Of a stretch of DNA of 32,000 nucleotides, positions 25,147 through 32,000 are shown in pieces. The translations under genes and the position numbers were made by a program. This DNA is from Bacillus subtilis subsp. subtilis str. 168 (lineage in GTDB: Bacteria; Bacillota; Bacilli; Bacillales; Bacillaceae), in assembly GCF_000009045.1 (NCBI RefSeq), contig NC_000964.3:2220001-2252000 (forward strand). The letters run 5' to 3'. The notes below the pieces were generated by a model that saw only the letters and a list, made by a program, of their open reading frames with translations, made no database searches and was not told the origin of the DNA. Positions within the stretch are counted from its first letter, which is position 1. Every line of letters begins with the position of its first letter.

Positions 25147-26148
25147 ATGACCAAACCAATTGAAAAGAATATGCTCAGATCTCGAGCAATAAAACTCCCC
25201 GAGGTCACGGAATCAATGTGGGAGCAAGTAGATGAAGAGCACAGAAACTTGGTTCAAGAGTTTTTAGATGCTCATTCATTTAGAGATAAAACACGAAAGC
25301 AGTATTACTCCTCCCTTCGCCAATTCTTTTGGTGGGTACATACCTCTCTTAACGGGAAAAAACTTTATAAGATCTCAAAGCGTGATTTCATTAGGTATCA
25401 AAGTTTCTTAAAGAATCGTGGGATGTCTTCAAGTGGGATTGCTTTAAAAAAAGCCGGTGTATCATCGTTAAATAATTATATCGAAAATGTTGTTGCAGAA
25501 GATGATCATAATTATGAGAAATTCAGAAATTTCACCCGCGGGCTTCCAGCTATTCCTAAAACCACTACCTATGAAAAAGTTAAAGTTACATATGATGATT
25601 ATAAACTGATGATGGACGCCCTAAAAGAGGACGAAAATTATTTGGGGATGGCATGGCTTGCTACTGCCTTTAATGTTGGCGGGCGAAGAGCAGAACTCAT
25701 ACAGTTAAAAACAGAAATATTAGATTACCCTGTTCCAGAGGGTCAGTCATACGTGATGAGTCATAAGGTATTTGGAAAAGGTAAAGGTGAAGGAAAACCT
25801 CTTGAGTACATGATTAACACAGAAGCACTGGAGTATCTTCGCTTATGGCATGAAAAACGTGGCTATGATCATGAATACCTCTTCACTACTCAGTATGGCG
25901 GAGAGCCTAAACAGATGTCAGAGTCTTGGGCTGATTATTTTTGCTCTGATGTGTTATCAGACATCCTTGGTCGACGTATAAACCCCCACCTCTTTAAAGC
26001 TTCGTGCATCACTTATCTCCTAGAAGTTAAGAAAGTCAAAATTGAATTGATAAGCAAATATGTAGCTCATCATGAAGATGTCTCAACAACAATCAAACAT
26101 TATGATTTACGGGATTTTGAAGAAGAAAAAAATCAAATATTTGTTTAG
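25147..26148 (+). CDS. Tyrosine-recombinase (phage integrase) family protein with an atypical active site, 333 aa
   Basis: SAM-like N-terminal core-binding region (KTRKQYYSSLRQFFWWV). Box I GGRRAEL. Box II reads NPHLFKASCITYLL (H-x-x-K where H-x-x-R is expected). HHEDVSTTIKHYD supplies the His and Tyr. SD GGTGGTGA precedes ATG 25147. Confidence 0.8.
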   Translation: MTKPIEKNMLRSRAIKLPEVTESMWEQVDEEHRNLVQEFLDAHSFRDKTRKQYYSSLRQFFWWVHTSLNGKKLYKISKRDFIRYQSFLKNRGMSSSGIALKKAGVSSLNNYIENVVAEDDHNYEKFRNFTRGLPAIPKTTTYEKVKVTYDDYKLMMDALKEDENYLGMAWLATAFNVGGRRAELIQLKTEILDYPVPEGQSYVMSHKVFGKGKGEGKPLEYMINTEALEYLRLWHEKRGYDHEYLFTTQYGGEPKQMSESWADYFCSDVLSDILGRRINPHLFKASCITYLLEVKKVKIELISKYVAHHEDVSTTIKHYDLRDFEEEKNQIFV

Positions 26149-26150
26149 TT

Positions 26151-26480
26151 TTAAGCACCACAAATACATCCTGTTGAATCTCCAGTACTCCACCTTTTAC
26201 AAAATCTATTTCCGGTACAATCTCCAAAACAACCATTGTCCCCCATCGTTCCACAATGAACTAAGTTTAAATCAACTTCACTCGGTGAAATCCCTAAATA
26301 TTTTGCAACAATATGTATATATTCTTCCTCCTCCATCGGGGCCCAATAGTTCTTACCATCTATTTCGATAATTTTCCACCCGAATTTAGAATACATGTAT
26401 TCTGGAATGGATGGCATTTCAGTTTCAAAAAAGACTTTTTCTCCTTTTTCATATACTCTGATTCCATGGATTACTTTCAC
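26151..26480 (-). CDS. Small protein with a Cys-rich C-terminus, 109 aa from GTG 26480
   Basis: GGAGGAG SD 5 nt before the GTG. The last 34 aa carry six Cys (HCGTMGDNGCFGDCTGNRFCKRWSTGDSTGCICGA). Convergent with the recombinase gene; their stop codons are 2 nt apart. Confidence 0.65.
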   Translation of the reverse strand: MKVIHGIRVYEKGEKVFFETEMPSIPEYMYSKFGWKIIEIDGKNYWAPMEEEEYIHIVAKYLGISPSEVDLNLVHCGTMGDNGCFGDCTGNRFCKRWSTGDSTGCICGA

Positions 26481-26615
26481 GATATCTCCTCCAATTGATA
26501 ATTTGAGCTTAGTGTTAACCATTAGAGAAATTCTATTCAATTCAGCATAAAATCCCTCTTTTATTCAGAATCAAGATTCCTCGTTTGAGGGATTTTGCTT
26601 ATGTATAAAACAAAG

Positions 26616-26649
26616 AATCACTTTGTCCCCCGATAAAGACAAAGTGATT
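26616..26649 (-). terminator. Intrinsic terminator after the secreted-protein gene
   Basis: AATCACTTTGTC (26616-26627) / GACAAAGTGATT (26638-26649): 12-bp stem with a 10-nt loop. On the - strand it is followed by CTTTGTTTT. Confidence 0.75.
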
Positions 26650-26655
26650 TTAAAA

Positions 26656-27342
26656 TTAGCTATTAGGTAAATCTACTTTTGCAGGAGTACTAGTCCACGG
26701 TTTGCCCATTTTCTTTTTATGGGCTTTATCTTCAAAAAATTGAACTGTAGCATACTGATACCAACTATCAGTCATTGCTCCTTTTTCGTATAAATCATAT
26801 TTATAATACGCATCAGGGATTTGTTCTTTTGCCCAATAAGAGAATAAAATAGTGGCAGCCTTACTCCCCCATCCCAAGCCAGGGACAATACCGACTAATG
26901 ACATTGTAACTGATAACGCATTTTTAGCTGCTTTTGTATGCCCAGATAAAGTCCCCACATAATGGTATCCCTTTTTAGGTTTTGCAGCCTGTGTTGTGAA
27001 TTCATTTGATTTCAAATTATTGTTTTCATAATTTGTTCTGTTAGCAGCATTTTCATCATACTCAAAGTTTAAGCCTTTTTGTTCTATGCCATCGACTTTT
27101 ACAGTATGATCATTTCCGTTCATCTGAACTTTGTGAGTTTCATTTCCACTCACATACTCAATTTCAACTAATTTCCCGTTCGATGAAATCTTTTCACTTT
27201 TCATTTTGTAATGTAGAGCTAGTTCTTCGTAAGAAGGGGTTGTCTTAGAGTCCTCCTTTGCAGTAGCGTAACCTGCAGGTAAAAGTGAGCCTAAAGTCAA
27301 TGATGCAGCCATAACACAAGTAATAACTCTTTTCTTTCTCAA
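26656..27342 (-). CDS. Secreted protein of unknown function, 228 aa
   Basis: TTG start 7 nt after AAGGAGG. Signal peptide MRKKRVITCVMAASLTLGSLLPAGYATAKE. Confidence 0.8.
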   Translation of the reverse strand: MRKKRVITCVMAASLTLGSLLPAGYATAKEDSKTTPSYEELALHYKMKSEKISSNGKLVEIEYVSGNETHKVQMNGNDHTVKVDGIEQKGLNFEYDENAANRTNYENNNLKSNEFTTQAAKPKKGYHYVGTLSGHTKAAKNALSVTMSLVGIVPGLGWGSKAATILFSYWAKEQIPDAYYKYDLYEKGAMTDSWYQYATVQFFEDKAHKKKMGKPWTSTPAKVDLPNS

Positions 27343-27366
27343 TTGAAATCCTCCTTGTGTTACACC

Positions 27367-27543
27367 TTAAGAATCTGAATTACTAAATACTTGCTTAATT
27401 TTATAAGCAATTACAGCGAGGTATAAAATTGCAACAAACACTAAAACTCCAGTGCCATAATCAGTTTTTGCAACTAGAAAAAGACTTAACACACCGAAAA
27501 TAATGTACATTACAATATCAAAGATATTTTTCTTGTTGTTCAT
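27367..27543 (-). CDS. Small two-TM membrane protein, 58 aa, not in the supplied ORF track
   Basis: My translation: MNNKKNIFDIVMYIIFGVLSLFLVAKTDYGTGVLVFVAILYLAVIAYKIKQVFSNSDS. GGGGGAG SD about 5 nt before the ATG. Its stop is 24 nt upstream of the next gene's start on the same strand. Confidence 0.6.
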   Translation of the reverse strand: MNNKKNIFDIVMYIIFGVLSLFLVAKTDYGTGVLVFVAILYLAVIAYKIKQVFSNSDS

Positions 27544-27888
27544 TTAAACTCCCCCGTTTAGCAATTGATTCCAGGTGCATATTTGATTGCAGCCCCAGTG
27601 TATTAAATACTTACAATTTTGTCCAACCCGAACTCTCTGGCAATATTACTTTAATCATATTGCAAAATAATTTTTTGAATTATTTCAGCACACCTACTCT
27701 AACATGATTCTTTTTTGATTTACATAAAAAATCGAAAAATTGAGTCATTTTTCCTTGGAGAATGACTGTGTATAAATCTTAAAAAGGACTATTCATTCAT
27801 TTTGAAAATTAGAGAAACGTACTCTCAGAAACCTAATTTCCATTAAAATCCTTTGCGTATTTGTCGATAATATGGAGAGGTGATGAAA

Positions 27889-28335
27889 ATGTTCAATAAA
27901 AAAGTATTAAAGCACAATCTGGCTGAAATGAATCCTAAAGAATTAATAAAGTTTATCAAGCATGAATTTCCTATTAATGGACAAGATTATCATACACATG
28001 CAAGGAAAGTCCAAATAATAAAATCTTTAAGCCCGTCTGAATTATCATCTGCCATTGCAAGGATGGAAGGAATAAAATCGCAATATGATCCATCTAAAAC
28101 TTGGGGGATTGGAAGTTTGATTTTGGGAACATCGTTTATAGGATTTCAAGTATTATTTGGTGTGAATATATCAAAAATTACTGAGGGAAACCGATTGAAT
28201 GCATTAATTTACGTATTAATCACAATCATAATTTGCTTATGGACACTTCGTAATATTATAAAAGATAAAGAAAATGCTACAACTGCAGATTATCTCAAAG
28301 AACTGCTCATTCAGATAAAATCAGAAAAGAACTAA
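27889..28335 (+). CDS. Membrane protein, 148 aa (two predicted TM helices in the C-terminal half)
   Basis: GGAGAGG SD 8 nt before ATG 27889. Hydrophobic segments WGIGSLILGTSFIGFQVLFGV and ALIYVLITIIICLWTL. Confidence 0.7.
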   Translation: MFNKKVLKHNLAEMNPKELIKFIKHEFPINGQDYHTHARKVQIIKSLSPSELSSAIARMEGIKSQYDPSKTWGIGSLILGTSFIGFQVLFGVNISKITEGNRLNALIYVLITIIICLWTLRNIIKDKENATTADYLKELLIQIKSEKN

Positions 28336-28416
28336 TGATTTCACTTTCCATTTATACAGTTCTCCATGACTGGAAACAATGGTATAATGTAGGAAAATGA
28401 TACCGGCGGTGGTTGA

Positions 28417-29100
28417 ATGGGATATAAGTTTATGGCTTATGGTGGCTATTTTTTATTCTGTCTTTTCTTTTTGCTAATGGACGGCTGGAGAGGCATGGGA
28501 ATTTGCTTAATAATTGTAGGTTTAGCCCTATTAGCACTTGAGCCCTATAAAATTAAAGCCCAAAAAAATATAGATAAACTAAAAGAAAATGCGGAAACAC
28601 TTAAGCACTTCGACGGTGGTTTTAATCCAGACAATTTCTTTAATACTTACAAAACTAAAATTGCATTTAAGGAATCTGATTCCCTTGTGAAAATATATCA
28701 GCTTAATAAAGATGAACATATTGAAGAATACACAATCCCTTTTTCCAATGTTATAGAATCCGAAATTGCTTTAGACAATCAAATAATTTCTAAAGTATCA
28801 AAATCAGGAATCGTAGCTGGTGGCCTGTTAGCTGGAGGAATTGGAGCTGCAATTGGAGGGTTGTCTGCCTCTTCAATACAAAATGAAATGGTCAAATCTG
28901 TCACGCTAAAGATTACTGTTGAAGACCTCGGTAAGCCTATCCATTATATCGATTTTCTCCCCACACAAGAAGTTGAAGGGTATAATATTCAGGGGTATAA
29001 AAAAGATAGCAATGTCATTCAACAAGCACTTACGAATGCAGAATATTGGCATGGTGTTATGGATGTAATTATTAAGAAAGCAAACAAAGTCGCTCAATAA
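28417..29100 (+). CDS. Membrane protein, 227 aa, with two N-terminal TM helices and an internal glycine-zipper segment
   Basis: YGGYFLFCLFFLLMDGW and GICLIIVGLALLAL, then GIVAGGLLAGGIGAAIGGLSASS. Confidence 0.7.
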   Translation: MGYKFMAYGGYFLFCLFFLLMDGWRGMGICLIIVGLALLALEPYKIKAQKNIDKLKENAETLKHFDGGFNPDNFFNTYKTKIAFKESDSLVKIYQLNKDEHIEEYTIPFSNVIESEIALDNQIISKVSKSGIVAGGLLAGGIGAAIGGLSASSIQNEMVKSVTLKITVEDLGKPIHYIDFLPTQEVEGYNIQGYKKDSNVIQQALTNAEYWHGVMDVIIKKANKVAQ

Positions 29101-29115
29101 CTGAGTGGCTTTTTT
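29088..29115 (+). terminator. Intrinsic terminator immediately upstream of the tape-measure gene
   Basis: AGTCGCTCA (29088-29096) / TGAGTGGCT (29102-29110): 9 bp including two + strand G-U pairs, with a 5-nt loop. Followed by TTTTTCTTT. Confidence 0.55.
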
Positions 29116-29153
29116 CTTTGTCCTCTCCCCTACTGAAAGGAAGTGATTCTTAC

Positions 29154-32000
29154 TTGAGTCAAAACCTCAAAATTATACTAACCCCGCAAGCTGATACCTC
29201 ATCCAAAACTGTCGAACAGTTAAATCAGCAAATTAAATCCCTGGAAAAGAAACTCAACTCCCTCAAGCTCAATACAAACATTGATTCTACAACCTTAAAA
29301 GCTCTGCAAGAATTCTCCTCTGCTATCGACACATATCAGAAAAACCTAAAATCCTATAATCAAACAGTTAAAGAAACCTCAACAGTAATTAAGAATGCTG
29401 ACGGATCAGTTGAAAAGCTCACCCAGCAGTATAAGAAAAATGGTGAGATACTTCAACGTGAAACAAAAATAATCAACAATCGTAATACAGCATTAAAGCA
29501 AGAAACTCAAGAGGTTAACAAGCTAACACAGGCCACTGAGAAACTAGGACAGGTTCAAAAAAAGACTGTGCAGAGAAATCTGCAAGGACAGCCAACAAAG
29601 GTAGTGCAGAAAAACCGCCACGGGTTCGATGATATTGTTTATACAACTGATCCTAAAACTAATTCGACCTCCTCAAAAACTACAACTAATTATGACCAAC
29701 AAAGGAGAGCAATTGAGCAGCTTAAGCAAGATTTAGAGAAGCTTAGACAGCAAGGTATTGTTACTGATACGACCATCTCATCTCTTGGCCGAAAAATAAA
29801 CACAGCTCAATCCGCTCAACAAATTGAAGCACTGCAAAATAGGATAAGGATGTTAGATGATAAATCTGCGGCAGTTGCGAAGAACAATGAATTAAAGAAA
29901 ACCATTGAATTATATCAGCGACAGGCACAAGTAAATGTTCAAAACCTAAATACACGGTATGGCAGTTCTATGGGCTCTAGTAATAGACAAGCTGTTCAAG
30001 ATTATTTGAATGCAGTAAATAGTCTTAATGTAAGCACTGGAAGCAATAATATCAGATCACAAATTCAAAGCTTGAATATGCAATTTAGAGAATTAGCCTC
30101 CAACGCTCAAACAGCTGCTAATCAAGCCTCTTCTTTTGGAGCAGAACTAACCCAAACCTTCAAAAGCATGTCCACCTATTTAATCTCCGGTTCTTTATTC
30201 TACGGAGCTATCTCTGGACTTAAAGAAATGGTATCCCAGGCAATAGAAATTGATACTCTCATGACAAATATTCGCCGTGTTATGAATGAGCCGGATTATA
30301 AATATAATGAACTTCTCCAAGAATCTATTGACTTAGGTGATACACTTTCAAATAAAATCACAGATATTCTTCAAATGACAGGCGATTTTGGGAGAATGGG
30401 TTTCGATGAAAGTGAGCTCTCCACGTTAACGAAAACTGCCCAAGTTCTTCAAAATGTCTCTGATTTAACTCCCGATGATACAGTTAACACTCTAACGGCA
30501 GCAATGCTCAACTTTAATATTGCAGCAAATGATTCAATATCAATTGCAGATAAATTAAATGAGGTTGATAATAACTATGCTGTTACAACTCTAGATCTGG
30601 CCAATTCTATCCGTAAAGCTGGTTCAACTGCTTCTACATTCGGGGTAGAGCTAAATGATCTTATTGGTTATACAACTGCAATTGCTAGTACAACACGTGA
30701 ATCAGGGAATATCGTCGGGAACTCCTTAAAGACAATTTTCGCGCGGATTGGGAATAATCAAAGCTCAATTAAAGCGTTAGAACAGATTGGTATCTCAGTT
30801 AAAACAGCTGGTGGTGAAGCTAAATCAGCAAGTGATTTAATTAGTGAAGTTGCTGGTAAGTGGGATACGCTTTCTGATGCTCAGAAACAAAATACTTCAA
30901 TTGGAGTAGCTGGTATTTATCAATTATCCCGTTTTAATGCAATGATGAACAACTTCTCTATTGCTCAGAATGCGGCTAAAACTGCGGCTAACTCAACAGG
31001 AAGTGCTTGGAGTGAGCAGCAAAAGTATGCAGATAGTCTACAAGCTAGGGTAAATAAGCTTCAAAATAACTTCACTGAATTTGCTATTGCAGCTTCTGAT
31101 GCTTTTATTAGCGACGGATTAATTGAATTTACTCAAGCCGCAGGTTCTTTGCTTAACGCTTCTACAGGAGTAATCAAATCAGTTGGGTTCCTACCTCCCC
31201 TTTTAGCTGCAGTAAGCACTGCAACCCTTTTGCTCAGTAAGAATACCCGCACATTAGCCAGCAGCCTAATTTTGGGCACACGTGCAATGGGGCAAGAAAC
31301 TTTAGCGACTGCTGGGCTAGAAGCTGGTATGACTCGTGCAGCAGTCGCCTCAAGAGTTCTAAAAACTGCTCTTCGAGGGTTGCTTGTTTCAACTTTAGTT
31401 GGCGGTGCATTTGCTGCTTTGGGATGGGCGCTAGAATCATTAATTTCTTCTTTTGCAGAAGCTAAAAAAGCTAAAGATGATTTTGAGCAGAGCCAGCAAA
31501 CCAATGTCGAAGCAATTACGACCAATAAAGACTCCACTGATAAACTAATACAGCAATATAAAGAGCTTCAAAAAGTTAAAGAGTCAAGATCTTTAACTTC
31601 AGATGAAGAGCAAGAATACCTTCAAGTCACTCAGCAATTAGCACAAACTTTCCCTGCATTAGTTAAAGGCTATGATTCTCAAGGAAATGCAATTCTTAAG
31701 ACAAATAAAGAGCTTGAAAAAGCGATTGAGAATACTAAAGAGTATTTGGCTTTAAAGAAACAAGAAACAAGAGACAGCGCAAAGAAAACATTCGAAGACG
31801 CTTCTAAGGAAATTAAAAAGTCTAAGGATGAATTAAAGCAGTACAAACAAATAGCTGACTACAACGATAAAGGTAGACCTAAATGGGATCTCATTGCAGA
31901 TGACGATGACTATAAGGTTGCAGCTGATAAAGCTAAACAAAGTATGCTCAAAGCTCAATCTGACATTGAGAGTGGAAATGCTAAAGTTAAAGATAGCGTC
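29154..32000 (+). CDS. yomI: Tail tape-measure protein, N-terminal 949 codons (partial; continues beyond the window)
   Basis: I read the frame by hand from TTG 29154 (SD AAAGGAAG upstream) to 32000 without a stop. Coiled-coil N-terminus, then a conserved TMP core (MGFDESELSTLTKTAQVLQNVSDLTPDDTVNTLTAAMLNFNI...SIRKAGSTAS) and hydrophobic segments. The ORF track omits it, apparently because it has no stop in the window. The symbol (yomI = cwlP) comes from remembered SPbeta annotation. Confidence 0.9.
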   Translation, partial: MSQNLKIILTPQADTSSKTVEQLNQQIKSLEKKLNSLKLNTNIDSTTLKALQEFSSAIDTYQKNLKSYNQTVKETSTVIKNADGSVEKLTQQYKKNGEILQRETKIINNRNTALKQETQEVNKLTQATEKLGQVQKKTVQRNLQGQPTKVVQKNRHGFDDIVYTTDPKTNSTSSKTTTNYDQQRRAIEQLKQDLEKLRQQGIVTDTTISSLGRKINTAQSAQQIEALQNRIRMLDDKSAAVAKNNELKKTIELYQRQAQVNVQNLNTRYGSSMGSSNRQAVQDYLNAVNSLNVSTGSNNIRSQIQSLNMQFRELASNAQTAANQASSFGAELTQTFKSMSTYLISGSLFYGAISGLKEMVSQAIEIDTLMTNIRRVMNEPDYKYNELLQESIDLGDTLSNKITDILQMTGDFGRMGFDESELSTLTKTAQVLQNVSDLTPDDTVNTLTAAMLNFNIAANDSISIADKLNEVDNNYAVTTLDLANSIRKAGSTASTFGVELNDLIGYTTAIASTTRESGNIVGNSLKTIFARIGNNQSSIKALEQIGISVKTAGGEAKSASDLISEVAGKWDTLSDAQKQNTSIGVAGIYQLSRFNAMMNNFSIAQNAAKTAANSTGSAWSEQQKYADSLQARVNKLQNNFTEFAIAASDAFISDGLIEFTQAAGSLLNASTGVIKSVGFLPPLLAAVSTATLLLSKNTRTLASSLILGTRAMGQETLATAGLEAGMTRAAVASRVLKTALRGLLVSTLVGGAFAALGWALESLISSFAEAKKAKDDFEQSQQTNVEAITTNKDSTDKLIQQYKELQKVKESRSLTSDEEQEYLQVTQQLAQTFPALVKGYDSQGNAILKTNKELEKAIENTKEYLALKKQETRDSAKKTFEDASKEIKKSKDELKQYKQIADYNDKGRPKWDLIADDDDYKVAADKAKQSMLKAQSDIESGNAKVKDSV

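Noticed and set aside
26072-26498. Plus-strand ORFs 26072-26371 and 26313-26498
   Set aside because: They are shadows of the minus-strand Cys-rich gene and the recombinase 3' end. They have no SD and give low-complexity translations.
26131-27588. 10-bp inverted repeat AATCAAATAT (26131-26140) / ATATTTGATT (27579-27588) flanking the minus-strand genes, suggesting an invertible segment driven by the adjacent recombinase-like gene
   Set aside because: The match is only 10 bp of AT-rich sequence with no extension on either side. By rough estimate such a match is expected by chance at about the 0.1-0.2 level in the windows I scanned. It is worth checking only if read-pair data show inversion.
366-31537. 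Numerous 60-100-aa ORFs nested antisense or out of frame within long genes (for example 366-629, 801-989, 1197-1406, 3898-4200, 4793-5008, 9692-9889, 10627-10818, 11652-12091, 12957-13217, 14481-14785, 16314-16505, 16998-17267, 17919-18370, 18874-19110, 21078-21365, 23673-23897, 24439-24726, 28906-29097, 29761-29955, 31133-31537)
   Set aside because: Each is fully embedded in a longer, better-supported gene. They lack SDs and have odd composition, as expected for shadow ORFs.

Overview
This window looks like a SPbeta-type Bacillus prophage segment. Gene order and proteins match the B. subtilis SPbeta yonS-to-yomI region as I remember it; no search was possible. The left end carries a minus-strand lysogeny-side pair: lipoprotein YonS and Xre-type YonR. 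They have their own sigmaA promoter, GAAAC-N5-GTTTC operator-like repeats and strongly G-depleted flanks. Next comes a plus-strand module: yonP, yonO and yonN. YonO is an 839-aa single-polypeptide two-barrel RNA polymerase with a DNDGD metal motif; YonN is an HU paralogue. The most unusual feature follows at 5616-7296: about 1.7 kb with no credible ORF, raised G+C and dense nested helices. Those helices contain G-U pairs that only work on the plus strand, so I call it a candidate giant structured RNA or late-operon leader. From 7297 runs a plus-strand late morphogenesis block of about 22 kb. It holds YonK, metallophosphoesterase YonJ, a Zn-ribbon small-terminase candidate, large terminase, portal YonE, scaffold and capsid genes, connector and tail genes, and a fibre gene with an XkdW/XkdX-like pair. 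The block is interrupted by a reversed moron (yonI). Just upstream of the tape-measure gene it is interrupted again by a ~4-kb accessory island. The island holds a tyrosine-recombinase-like gene with an atypical active site, two minus-strand genes, a 58-aa membrane ORF missing from the ORF track, two membrane proteins and private terminators. The tape-measure gene (yomI/cwlP N-terminus, 29154 to the window end) is open throughout and is also absent from the ORF track. I saw no rRNA, tRNA, CRISPR array or transposase.
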